Shown one piece after another: positions 19,933 through 28,600 of a DNA stretch of 64,000 nt; position 1 is the first letter of the stretch, and each line of letters starts with the position of its first letter. This DNA comes from Candidatus Methylomirabilota bacterium (GTDB taxonomy: Bacteria > Methylomirabilota > Methylomirabilia > Rokubacteriales > CSP1-6). The notes under the pieces are model-generated. The model saw only the letters and a program-made list of their open reading frames with translations. It was not told the DNA's origin and did no database searches. Location: contig JBKPAK010000008.1 of the NCBI GenBank assembly GCA_046726415.1, positions 1 to 64,000 on the forward strand. Reading direction: 5' to 3'. Both the position numbers and the translations under genes were made by a program.

Positions 19933-20688
19933 CTATCGCTTGTCTTTCAGAGACTCCAGCAGCGCGCGGGCGTCGGGTGCGTCCTTCATCGTCCAGTCGG
20001 CCGGACTGAAGGGAGCCGGCTCGTCGAGAACGGCCTGGGCTTCGCGCCGCGCATCCGCGGCCTTGCCCTTCTTGGCAAGGGTCCGAGCCAGGCCCACCCG
20101 TGCCGTCGTGAAGTTTGGCACCTGCTTGAGAGCGGTGCGAAAGCTCTCCTCGGCGCGGTCGAGATCCCCGCCGAAGAGCCCGGGGACTTCGTAGTAGACG
20201 TAGCCGAGAACCACGTAGGCGCCGGTCAGGTTCGGATCGAGCTGGAGGGCAGTGCTGAGATGCTCGCGAACGGTGGACAGCAGGAACAGCGAGCGCACCA
20301 CCCCATTGATCTGACCCCACCTTCCGGTGTTCGTGGCGTACCAGAAGTGCGCCGAAGCGTCTCTGGGCGAAAGCTCGACAGCCCGCTGGCCGGCCTTCCG
20401 GCCGCGGTCATAGGCTTCGAGCTTCTGCTCGCGGGTGGTGGCCCGGATGTCGCCCCACAGGAAGCAGATTCGCGAAAGTCCAGTCCAGTGAGAAGGAGTG
20501 GGATCCGCGGCGATCGCGCGCTCGAACGCTGCGCGCAGGCGATCGAGCTGGGCGGGATCTTCGTGATACTGCTTCGCCGCCGCGTCCAGCTCGGCGAGCA
20601 AGGGAGATTGGGCGGACGCGGTCCCGCTTCCCAGGGCAAGCAGGCCGAGGACAAGAAGCCGGAGGGCGAGTCCGTCCCGACGAGTCAA
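19933..20688 (-). CDS. Exported TPR-repeat protein
   Basis: Signal peptide (ASA-Q); TPR-like helices AHFWYA.., AYVVLGYVY.. Confidence 0.75.
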   Translation of the reverse strand: MTRRDGLALRLLVLGLLALGSGTASAQSPLLAELDAAAKQYHEDPAQLDRLRAAFERAIAADPTPSHWTGLSRICFLWGDIRATTREQKLEAYDRGRKAGQRAVELSPRDASAHFWYATNTGRWGQINGVVRSLFLLSTVREHLSTALQLDPNLTGAYVVLGYVYYEVPGLFGGDLDRAEESFRTALKQVPNFTTARVGLARTLAKKGKAADARREAQAVLDEPAPFSPADWTMKDAPDARALLESLKDKR

Positions 20689-20693
20689 CTGGG

Positions 20694-21800
20694 CTATCGT
20701 TCAGACCCCAGGCCGGCTCGGCTCCGCCGCCCATGAAACGCGTGGTTGATCAGTCGGCGGACCTCGGCGCCCTGCAGCGTTGCCGGCGCCAGACCATGGC
20801 GCCCCAGGATGCCGCGCGCATGGCGGTCGTCGAAGCAGACGTCGTGAGTCAGATAGTCGCGGTAGCGCCCGAGCATTGCGCGGAGGCGGCGTTCGAGCCG
20901 AGAGGCGTCGGCGATGGGACGCCCGCGCGCATCCACGAGGGCGAAGCCCCGCACGCCCAGTCGCGTCGTGAGCATGCGAAGCATCGCATCCTGTCGGGGG
21001 GCATCGGCCACCACGAGGTGGAAGGTACCGCCGGCCGCCTCCGAGCATCGCGCGAGGGCGAGAATCCCGCGGGCCACATACCCGATCGGTACGATGTTGA
21101 AGCGAGCGCCAGGCGCGGCCTCGATGCGCAGGGGCACGGTGGCTCCGGCGGCGAGGGTGGAGGCTATGCGAATGAACTGAAAGAAGAGATTCGAAGGGGT
21201 GCCACCGGGCGTCTCCGGCGCCCGCCCCACGACGATGCTCGGCCGGAACACGCGAACGTCGAGCCCCCGGCGCCCGCCGGCCGCGCGGATCGCCGTCTCG
21301 GCCTCGAGCTTCACGCGTTCGTAGGGGTTGCGGAAATCCTGGCCGACGTCGCCCTCGGTCTCGAAGACCGTCCCGGAGCGTCGCCCGCAGACGTAGGCCG
21401 TGGAGAGCTGCGCCCACGTCGCGAGGCGTCCCGGGGCGAGCATCTCCAGAAGGCTCACTGGCCCGTGCACGTGACTGGCGTAGAAGCCCTCGGGACATTC
21501 GGGGAAGAGGGCGGTTTCGCCCGCACAGTGGATCACCGTCTCCACCGTATCGCGGAGCCGGGTGCGCTCGGCCGCGGCGAGGCCGGCGGCGGGTTCGCCG
21601 AGATCGCCCTCGATGAGCTCGAGGTCGACCGGTTCCCGCCGCCCACCCAGCGCCGCCGCAACCCGAGCCGTCGCGCTCTCGCCGTGGCGAGACCGCGCCA
21701 ACACGGTGACGGGCGCGCCTCCGGCGAGCAGGCGCCGGGCCACCGCGCCCCCGATGAAGCCAGTGACGCCCGTCACGAGGATGCGCGCCGTGGACCTCAC
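20694..21800 (-). CDS. Extended SDR, male-sterility/thioester reductase-like NAD-binding protein
   Basis: LVTGVTGFIG, STAYVCG, NPYERVK, RPSIVVG; GTGA overlap with upstream gene. Confidence 0.85.
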   Translation of the reverse strand: MRSTARILVTGVTGFIGGAVARRLLAGGAPVTVLARSRHGESATARVAAALGGRREPVDLELIEGDLGEPAAGLAAAERTRLRDTVETVIHCAGETALFPECPEGFYASHVHGPVSLLEMLAPGRLATWAQLSTAYVCGRRSGTVFETEGDVGQDFRNPYERVKLEAETAIRAAGGRRGLDVRVFRPSIVVGRAPETPGGTPSNLFFQFIRIASTLAAGATVPLRIEAAPGARFNIVPIGYVARGILALARCSEAAGGTFHLVVADAPRQDAMLRMLTTRLGVRGFALVDARGRPIADASRLERRLRAMLGRYRDYLTHDVCFDDRHARGILGRHGLAPATLQGAEVRRLINHAFHGRRSRAGLGSER

Positions 21801-22543
21801 GGGAGGGAGCCTCGCGGGACCGATGACACCCATGGGCTCCCCGGCGGCCGGTCGTCCGGACCTCGCCAGCGACGTGCGTAGCGCTGGGTATCCAGTCCGA
21901 GCGTGTGGAGCAACAGCAGCCACACGATGAAAGCAAACGTCCGACAGGGGCCGCGGGCGAGGAAGCGCCGCCCCGAGGTGAGGATTGGTGTCCTGATGAG
22001 AGCGGTCTTACCCAGGCGTTTGAGCCGCTGGCTCAGGATCAAATCCTCCATGAGGGCGAGATCTGGATAGCCGCCGAGATCGCGGAAGACCGATGCACGG
22101 ACGAAGATCCCCTGGTCGCCGTAGTAGTTCCGCGTGAGGCGATAGCGGATGCGGTTGATGAGGTTGATGACGGCGAGACTCCACGCCGGCTCGATGAAGC
22201 GGTGGGCGAAGGCGCCACCCACGATGCGATCGTCAGCCATCACCCCTTTGATGAGCGATACGGCGTCAGCCGGGGGCAGTGAGTCGGCGTGCAGGAACCA
22301 CAGGATGTCGCCGCCCGCGACGGATGCGCCGTTGTTCATCAGGGCCGCGCGGGTCGACCCCACGGGGGTCAGGGCGCGCGCCCGCCCCCCCACAACGCGC
22401 GCGGTCTCGTCCGCGGATCCCGCCGCGGCGACGATCACCTCGACGTCGCCCTGGTGGGAGAGTGTGACCAGATGATCGAGCGTCCGGCCGAGAGCCTCGG
22501 CGTCGTTGCGCGCCGGAATGATGAGCGAGATGGAAGGCGCCAT
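21797..22543 (-). CDS. GT2 glycosyltransferase, TIGR04283 (rSAM/selenodomain-associated, arsenosugar-linked) type
   Basis: SLIIPARND, MNNGA..FLHADS, YGDQGIFV..F..LGGYPDLALMED, TSGRR. Confidence 0.85.
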   Translation of the reverse strand: MAPSISLIIPARNDAEALGRTLDHLVTLSHQGDVEVIVAAAGSADETARVVGGRARALTPVGSTRAALMNNGASVAGGDILWFLHADSLPPADAVSLIKGVMADDRIVGGAFAHRFIEPAWSLAVINLINRIRYRLTRNYYGDQGIFVRASVFRDLGGYPDLALMEDLILSQRLKRLGKTALIRTPILTSGRRFLARGPCRTFAFIVWLLLLHTLGLDTQRYARRWRGPDDRPPGSPWVSSVPRGSLP

Positions 22544-22724
22544 CAGGAGCGCTCGGCGCCTGGCGCAGCAGCCATGGGATCGTTGGCGTTCACGCCGAGA
22601 TCCGTGGATCCGTTTGACGATAGGGGCGTGGTGGTGTGGTCACGCTTTCTAGGATGCCCCATCGACCGCACGGCGTGTCAAAGTTCAGTCAACTCCCGAG
22701 CGTCGCCCGCCTGCTCCGTCGAGC

Positions 22725-22833
22725 CAGTAGTGCGAGCCGCAGGACGGCGTGGGGCTGGGGCCCCACCGTCCGAGGCGAGCGTCTGCAGTAGTGCGAGCCG
22801 CAGGACGGCGTGGGGCTGGGGCCCCACCGTCCG
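22725..22833 (+). repeat. Tandem pair of 48-bp REP-like hairpin repeats
   Basis: Identical CAGTAGTGCGAGCCGCAGGACGGCGTGGGGCTGGGGCCCCACCGTCCG at 22725-22772 and 22786-22833, 13-bp spacer. Confidence 0.9.
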
Positions 22834-22891
22834 CGTACGATTTGACACCGCTGTGACGACTTTCGGTTCGCCCCGATCGAGACTGGCATCC

Positions 22892-23425
22892 ATGAGGACA
22901 CGATCGTCGGCAGGGGTGATACTGGTCGGCGCCGTGGCCCTGCTGTTGGTGGGGCTGCTCCCGGCCCGAGCGCAGGCGCCCCGCATCGGCCAGCCCGCCC
23001 CGGACGTCACGGGCGGACCGTGGATCAATAGCGCCCCGCTTACCCTCGACGGGCTGCGCGGGCGTGTGGTGTTGGTGGAGTTCTGGACGTACGGGTGAAT
23101 CAACTGCCAACACGTGATCCCGCAGTTGCGGGCCTGGCACGAACGGTACGAGGCGCGCGGACTCACCATCGTCGGCGTGCACAGCCCGGAGTTTTTCTGG
23201 GAGCGCTCGCGCGACAGCGTGGTGAACGCCTGCACGCAGTTGGGCGTCCGGTACCCGGTGGTGCAGGACAATGACATGGCCATCTGGAAGCGCTACGGGG
23301 TGCGAGCGTGGCCCACGGCTGTCCTCATCGATCGGGTCGGCATCATTCGGTACCGACACATCGGCGAAGGCGCGTACGAGGAGATGGACGCCATGATCCG
23401 GCGACTTCTGGCGGAGAACGGGTGA
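22892..23425 (+). CDS. Exported thioredoxin-like redoxin (DipZ C-terminal/TlpA-like), probable selenoprotein with UxxC
   Basis: Signal peptide; LRGRVVLVEFWTYG-TGA(23096)-INC..GLTIVGVHSPEF..YPVVQDN..WPT..HIGEG, all one frame; ORF track splits it in two. Confidence 0.85.
23101..23139 (+). other. Candidate bacterial SECIS hairpin
   Basis: TGCCA/TGGCA lower stem plus CCCGC-AGTT-GCGGG upper stem; alternative fold CAACTGC/GCAGTTG. Confidence 0.55.
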
Positions 23426-23432
23426 GTCCGAC

Positions 23433-24944
23433 CTGACGTCCATCCGCGCCCGCCTCTGGCTCCTGGCTCTCCTGGCCATTGCGGTGCCGGCCGCCATCGT
23501 GGCTGTCCTGGGCTACGTCTCCTTGCGCCACTGGCAGACCTCGGCCGACCTCCTCTTCCGCGAGCAGGCGCGCGACATGGCGGCGATGGCCGTCGACAAG
23601 ATCGAAATGACCTTGCGCGAAACGGAGAACGACATGCTCGGCCAGCTCCAGGGAGCTCTCGATGCGCCGGCTCCGCTGGCGGCATCGCTCGACGCCTTCC
23701 TGAAGGCTCACTCCCTCGTGCGCCGGCTCTACCTGTTCGATCGCGGCGGCGAGTTGCTCTACCCGGCGACGCGCCATGAGAGCGACGCGCTCATCTTCGC
23801 CCGGCTCCTGGCCGAGGTCTCGCAGGAATTCTGGGACCGAGGTGGACGACGGGAGCTGACGGGTGGCGACCAGATCGCGCTGGCGACTATCCTCCGTGGT
23901 CCGGATGGGCGGCCGGCCCTCGCCACCTTGACTTGGAACATCGAGGTCCTGTGCGAGGCCATCCTGGCTCGCACCGTCCGCGCGCTGGAAGCGCCCACCA
24001 TCCTCGCCGTCGTCGACGGCCGCGATCGGCCGATCTTTAGCAAGGAGTCGCTCGCAGGTGCCGATCGCCTGGCCGCCGTGCCGTTTCGTGAGCGACTGGC
24101 CAGCTGGCGCCTGGCGGTCTACCAGCCTCCCGGCGATTCGCCGCGCCAGGCCGTCCGTCGCCAGGTGATGTTCTTCACGTGCGCGTTCGCCGCGCTCCTG
24201 GCCGTCATCGTGGCCGGTATCGCGGTCACCTGGCGCCTCGCGCGGCGGGAGGCGGAGATGGCCCAGCTCAAATCCGACTTCGTGGCCAACGTATCTCACG
24301 ATCTGAAGACGCCGCTTTCCGTGATCCGGATGTTCGGAGAGACGCTCGAGATGGGACGTGTGACCGAGGAGACCCAGCGCAGGGAGTACTACGGCGTGAT
24401 CGCGCGAGAAAGCGAGCGGCTTTCGCGGCTCATCGAGAACGTCCTGGACTTCGCCCGCATCGAGGATGGCCGCCGCACCTACGCGATCGTGCCCACGGCC
24501 GTCGAGCCCGTGATCCGCGATACCCTCGAGGCCTTCAGCCATCCGCTGACGAGCGGTGGATTCGAGGTTGAGGTGTGCATACCCCCCGATCTGCCCGACG
24601 TGCCGATGGATGGCGAAGCCGTTTCCCAGGCCTTGTCCAATCTGCTCGACAACGCCATCAAGTACTCAGCCGCGCGCAAGGTGCTTGCCATCGAAGCGCG
24701 GGCCATCGACGGGGAACTGGCCATCTCCGTAGCCGACGCCGGCGTCGGCATCCCGCGCGGGGAGCAGACCCGGATCTTCGACAAGTTCTATCGGGTGGGG
24801 CGGAGCGAGACGCAGGGCCGGCGCGGGAGCGGGATGGGGTTGGCTCTCGTCCGGCATATCGCCGAGGCCCACCGCGGCCGGATCACCGTGCAGAGCACGC
24901 CGGGTGAGGGGAGCCGCTTCACCCTGTGGCTTCCCCTCGGCTGA
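23433..24944 (+). CDS. Membrane sensor histidine kinase
   Basis: Two TM helices; FVANVSHDLKTPL H-box, NLLDNAIKY, DAGVGI, GSGMGL; start uncertain (CTG 23433 or GTG 23484). Confidence 0.92.
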   Translation: MTSIRARLWLLALLAIAVPAAIVAVLGYVSLRHWQTSADLLFREQARDMAAMAVDKIEMTLRETENDMLGQLQGALDAPAPLAASLDAFLKAHSLVRRLYLFDRGGELLYPATRHESDALIFARLLAEVSQEFWDRGGRRELTGGDQIALATILRGPDGRPALATLTWNIEVLCEAILARTVRALEAPTILAVVDGRDRPIFSKESLAGADRLAAVPFRERLASWRLAVYQPPGDSPRQAVRRQVMFFTCAFAALLAVIVAGIAVTWRLARREAEMAQLKSDFVANVSHDLKTPLSVIRMFGETLEMGRVTEETQRREYYGVIARESERLSRLIENVLDFARIEDGRRTYAIVPTAVEPVIRDTLEAFSHPLTSGGFEVEVCIPPDLPDVPMDGEAVSQALSNLLDNAIKYSAARKVLAIEARAIDGELAISVADAGVGIPRGEQTRIFDKFYRVGRSETQGRRGSGMGLALVRHIAEAHRGRITVQSTPGEGSRFTLWLPLG

Positions 24945-24947
24945 GCC

Positions 24948-25622
24948 GTGCCGCGGGTCCTGATCGTCGACGACGAGCCGGAGATCGTGCGGGGCATCGA
25001 AGACAATCTGCGGTTCGAGGGCTACCAGACGCTCGCCGCCACCAACGGGGAGACGGGCCTGGCGCTGGCGTGCCAGGAGGCGCCCGACCTCATCCTGCTC
25101 GACATCATGATGCCGAGAGTGAGCGGCTGGGACGTGTGCCGCGAGCTGCGCCGCCGCGGCATCGACGTGCCGGTGATCATGCTGACCGCCCGCGCGGAAG
25201 AAGCCGACCGCGTGCGCGGGCTCGAATTGGGCGCCGACGACTACATCACCAAGCCCTTCTCGGTGCGGGAACTGATGGCGCGCGTGCACGCGGTGCTCCG
25301 GCGGCCGGGACCGCGCCGCAAGGCGGCGCTGCTGGCCTTCGGCGACGTCCGCATCCATATCCAGGCCCGGCAAGTGTTCAAGGGCGGGCGCGAGGTTCCG
25401 ATGACGCGCAAGGAGTTCGATCTGCTCGTCTATCTGGTCGAACACCGCGGGGAGATCGTCACGCGGGAGCGGCTGCTCGATCAGGTGTGGGGTTACGAGC
25501 GCTTTCCCACCACGCGCACGGTGGACACGCATATCCTCAGGTTGCGGCGGAAATTCGAGGTCGACCCCGACTGTCCCGCGTTCATCTTGACCGTGCACGG
25601 ACAGGGCTACAGATTCGCGTGA
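24948..25622 (+). CDS. OmpR-family response regulator
   Basis: LIVDDE, LLDIMMP, GADDYITKPF, winged-helix C-terminus. Confidence 0.95.
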   Translation: MPRVLIVDDEPEIVRGIEDNLRFEGYQTLAATNGETGLALACQEAPDLILLDIMMPRVSGWDVCRELRRRGIDVPVIMLTARAEEADRVRGLELGADDYITKPFSVRELMARVHAVLRRPGPRRKAALLAFGDVRIHIQARQVFKGGREVPMTRKEFDLLVYLVEHRGEIVTRERLLDQVWGYERFPTTRTVDTHILRLRRKFEVDPDCPAFILTVHGQGYRFA

Positions 25623-25658
25623 GCGTGAGATGCTAGAACGCGAGCGGGAGGACACCCC

Positions 25659-26612
25659 ATGCTGATCCGACGCGCTCCGATGATCCGGGAGTCCGACGTC
25701 ACCGACGAAACCGTCTACCTCAATCGGCGCGCCTTCATGACGGGCCTTGGGGCGGTGGCTCTGGTCGGCACCGCCGCGCACTCGGAGGCGGCACCGCCCG
25801 CGCCAGCCGGGCTGGCCGCCACGCCGAATGCCGCGTACCGGCTGGCCGATCCGACGACGAAATGGGAGGAGGCCACCACCTACAACAATTTCTACGAGTT
25901 CGGCGTCAACAAGGACGATCCCGCCCGGCTGGCGCACACCTTGCGGCCGCGGCCGTGGACCGTGCAGGTCGAGGGCTTGGTGGCCAAGCCCCGCCCCTTC
26001 GATATCGACAGCCTCATGAAGCTGGCGCCCATGGAAGAGCGCATCTATTCGCTGCGCTGCGTGGAGGGCTGGTCGATGGTGATTCCCTGGATCGGCTTCC
26101 CGCTCGGGGCCCTCTTGAAGCGGGTGGAGCCGACCAGCCAGGCGAAGTACGTCGAGTTTGCGACCTTGGTCGACCCGGAGCAGTTTCCGGGCCAGCGCAA
26201 GGGCCTCTTCGGTTTCTCGAGCCTCGAGTGGCCCTACATCGAGGGGCTACGGCTCGACGAGGCCATGCACCCGCTGACGCTCCTCACCTTCGGGATGTAC
26301 GGCAAGGTGCTGCCCCACCAGAACGGCGCTCCCGTGCGCGTCGTGATTCCGTGGAAGTACGGCTTCAAGAGCGCCAAGTCTATCGTGCGCATCCGGCTCA
26401 CCAGCGACGAGCCCAAGACTGCGTGGCACAAGGCCCAACCGAGCGAGTATGGCTTCTATTCGAACGTCAACCCAACGGTAGACCATCCGCGCTGGAGTCA
26501 GGCCACCGAGCGCCGAATCGGCGAGTTCCGCCGGCGCAAGACCCTCATGTTCAACGGATACGACCAGGTGGCGTCGCTCTACACGGGCATGGATCTGGGG
26601 AAGTACTACTGA
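25659..26612 (+). CDS. msrP: Protein-methionine-sulfoxide reductase catalytic subunit
   Basis: Tat [43 protein letters not shown]. Confidence 0.96.
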   Translation: MLIRRAPMIRESDVTDETVYLNRRAFMTGLGAVALVGTAAHSEAAPPAPAGLAATPNAAYRLADPTTKWEEATTYNNFYEFGVNKDDPARLAHTLRPRPWTVQVEGLVAKPRPFDIDSLMKLAPMEERIYSLRCVEGWSMVIPWIGFPLGALLKRVEPTSQAKYVEFATLVDPEQFPGQRKGLFGFSSLEWPYIEGLRLDEAMHPLTLLTFGMYGKVLPHQNGAPVRVVIPWKYGFKSAKSIVRIRLTSDEPKTAWHKAQPSEYGFYSNVNPTVDHPRWSQATERRIGEFRRRKTLMFNGYDQVASLYTGMDLGKYY

Positions 26613-26615
26613 CTC

Positions 26616-27242
26616 GTGTCCCGCCGCGCGCGACTCGGGTTGAAGGCCGGGGTGTGGGTCCTCTGTCTCCTCCCCTTGGCGTTCCTGACCACGTGGGCGT
26701 GGACCGGCGATCTCACCGCCAATCCCATCAGCTTCATCACGAACTGGCTGGGCGACTGGGCGCTGCGCATCTTGCTCGCCAGCCTCGCCCTCACCCCAAT
26801 GCGCCTGCTGTTCGGGATCGCCTGGCAGATGCCGCTGCGCCGCCTGCTCGGGCTCTTCGCGTTCTGCTACGTGTGCCTCCATTTTCTCGTCTGGCTCGCC
26901 GTCGATCACTTCTTCGACTGGCGACAGATGGGCACGGACATCGCGAAGCGCCCCTACGTCACCTTGGGCATGGCCGCCCTCCTCTGTTTGATCCCGCTGG
27001 CGGCCACCTCGACCTCGCGCATGGTCAAGCGCCTGGGCGCGCCGACCTGGCGCCGGCTCCACCGCCTGGCGTACGCCGCCGGCATCCTCGCCAGCCTGCA
27101 CTTCCTGTGGCTGGCCAAAGTCGGCCGTGTCGAGCAGTATATCTACGCCGGCGCGCTCGGACTCCTGCTGGGAGTGCGCCTCTGGTATGCTGCCCAGCGG
27201 CGCATGCGAAGCTGGATCACCCAGCCGAGAGAGATCGCGTGA
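26616..27242 (+). CDS. msrQ: Protein-methionine-sulfoxide reductase heme-binding subunit
   Basis: LALTP, RRLLGLFAF.Y..LH, KRPY, WRRLHRLAY; follows msrP. Confidence 0.95.
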   Translation: MSRRARLGLKAGVWVLCLLPLAFLTTWAWTGDLTANPISFITNWLGDWALRILLASLALTPMRLLFGIAWQMPLRRLLGLFAFCYVCLHFLVWLAVDHFFDWRQMGTDIAKRPYVTLGMAALLCLIPLAATSTSRMVKRLGAPTWRRLHRLAYAAGILASLHFLWLAKVGRVEQYIYAGALGLLLGVRLWYAAQRRMRSWITQPREIA

Positions 27243-28600
27243 CCGTCCGATCGGGCGTGCCGACGCTCGGTGCGGCCCTCCGCGCTCTCATCTTGGTGCT
27301 CCTCCTCGGCGGCTGCGCGACGGCGGGATCGGCCCCTTCGCCGATGGCGCCAGGTGACACCGAACCGGTGCGGACGGCGCTCGGCAACGGTGTCGTCCTC
27401 ATTGCTCAAGAGCATCGCGCCAGCGACGTGGTGGCCCTTCAGCTCTGGTTTCGGGTCGGCGGCCGCGTGGAGTCCGCGGACGAGCTGGGTCTCTCACACT
27501 ATATCGAACACATGATCTTCAAGGGCACGCCGACGCGCCCCGTGGGATCGATCGATCGCATGGTAGAGGGCCTGGGCGGGACCAGCAACGCTTACACCTC
27601 GTACGACTACGTGCACTTCGATGTCGTGCTGCCGGCCCGAGAGGTGCGAGCCGGCATCGACCTGATGGCCGATATTGCCGTCAACGCGAGTTTTCCGCCC
27701 GACGAGATCACCAGTGAGAAGAAAGTCGTGTTCGAGGAGATGAGCCTCCTGGAGGACGATCCGGAAAAGGCGCTCGTGCGGCGGCTCTACGAGCTGGGTT
27801 ACGAGCCGTTCCCCTACGGGCGTCCCATCCTCGGAACGCGCCGGGACATCGAGGCGCTCGGGCGTGACCAGCTCGCCCGCTATTACAAGAAGTACTACGT
27901 GCCCCGAAACATGGTGCTGGTGGTCGTCGGCGCGGTGAAGCCGGTGACCGTGCAATCCATGGCCGAGGCGGCCTTCGGACGCCTGTCGGGGGGTGAGGGC
28001 CGGGGGCCTGCGCTGCCTTCAGTGCCCGTGCTCGACCGCTCGCGCCGGCGCGACATCCGCCGCCTCGAGAAGCAGGCCTATCTCGGGATGGCCTGGCGCG
28101 CCCCCGCTGTCGCTGACGCGGATGTCTTCGCCGTGGACCTGCTCACCTACATCCTGGGCGATTCGCCGAGCTCTCGGCTCAACCGGGTTCTCCGCGACCA
28201 GCAGGGGCTCGTCGACACCATCGAGGCCGGATACGGCGCCTGGCAGTTCAGTGGCCTGGCCACCGTGACGGCTCGCCTGGAGCCCGCCAACCTGGACCGC
28301 GCCGAGACGTCAATCCTGGAGGTGCTGCGCCGCGTCCGGGAAGAGGGGGTCACCGAGGCAGAACGGCAGCGGGCGATCATCTCCGCGGAATCACTCTACG
28401 CGTTCGACATCGAGACGGCCGAAGGGCTCGCCAAGACCTACGGCCAAGCGGAAGTGACGTACAACCTAAAGGACGAGCTCGCGTATCTCTCGCGACTGCG
28501 CCACATCACCGCCGCCCAGATTCAGGCGGCCGCCCGCAAATACTTCGGCGACGACAACTACGCCCGGGTGCGCTTGATCCCGCAGGAGCTCGGCCGGTGA
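27239..28600 (+). CDS. M16B zinc peptidase, catalytic subunit (lipoprotein)
   Basis: LGGC lipobox; HYIEH (HxxEH), NAYTS; GTGA overlap. Confidence 0.92.
   Translation: MTVRSGVPTLGAALRALILVLLLGGCATAGSAPSPMAPGDTEPVRTALGNGVVLIAQEHRASDVVALQLWFRVGGRVESADELGLSHYIEHMIFKGTPTRPVGSIDRMVEGLGGTSNAYTSYDYVHFDVVLPAREVRAGIDLMADIAVNASFPPDEITSEKKVVFEEMSLLEDDPEKALVRRLYELGYEPFPYGRPILGTRRDIEALGRDQLARYYKKYYVPRNMVLVVVGAVKPVTVQSMAEAAFGRLSGGEGRGPALPSVPVLDRSRRRDIRRLEKQAYLGMAWRAPAVADADVFAVDLLTYILGDSPSSRLNRVLRDQQGLVDTIEAGYGAWQFSGLATVTARLEPANLDRAETSILEVLRRVREEGVTEAERQRAIISAESLYAFDIETAEGLAKTYGQAEVTYNLKDELAYLSRLRHITAAQIQAAARKYFGDDNYARVRLIPQELGR

Noticed and set aside
22725-22833. CRISPR array
   Set aside because: Only two units, a 13-bp spacer, no cas genes, and a dispersed third copy; fits a REP-like repeat
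22892-23425. Nonsense pseudogene or two separate ORFs (also applies to 54170-54532)
   Set aside because: The only lesion is TGA at the catalytic Cys position followed by a hairpin, in two unrelated genes
25862-28600. 912-aa M16 peptidase with long N-terminal extension
   Set aside because: Upstream part is an alternate frame of msrPQ; the likely start is GTG 27239 with a lipoprotein signal
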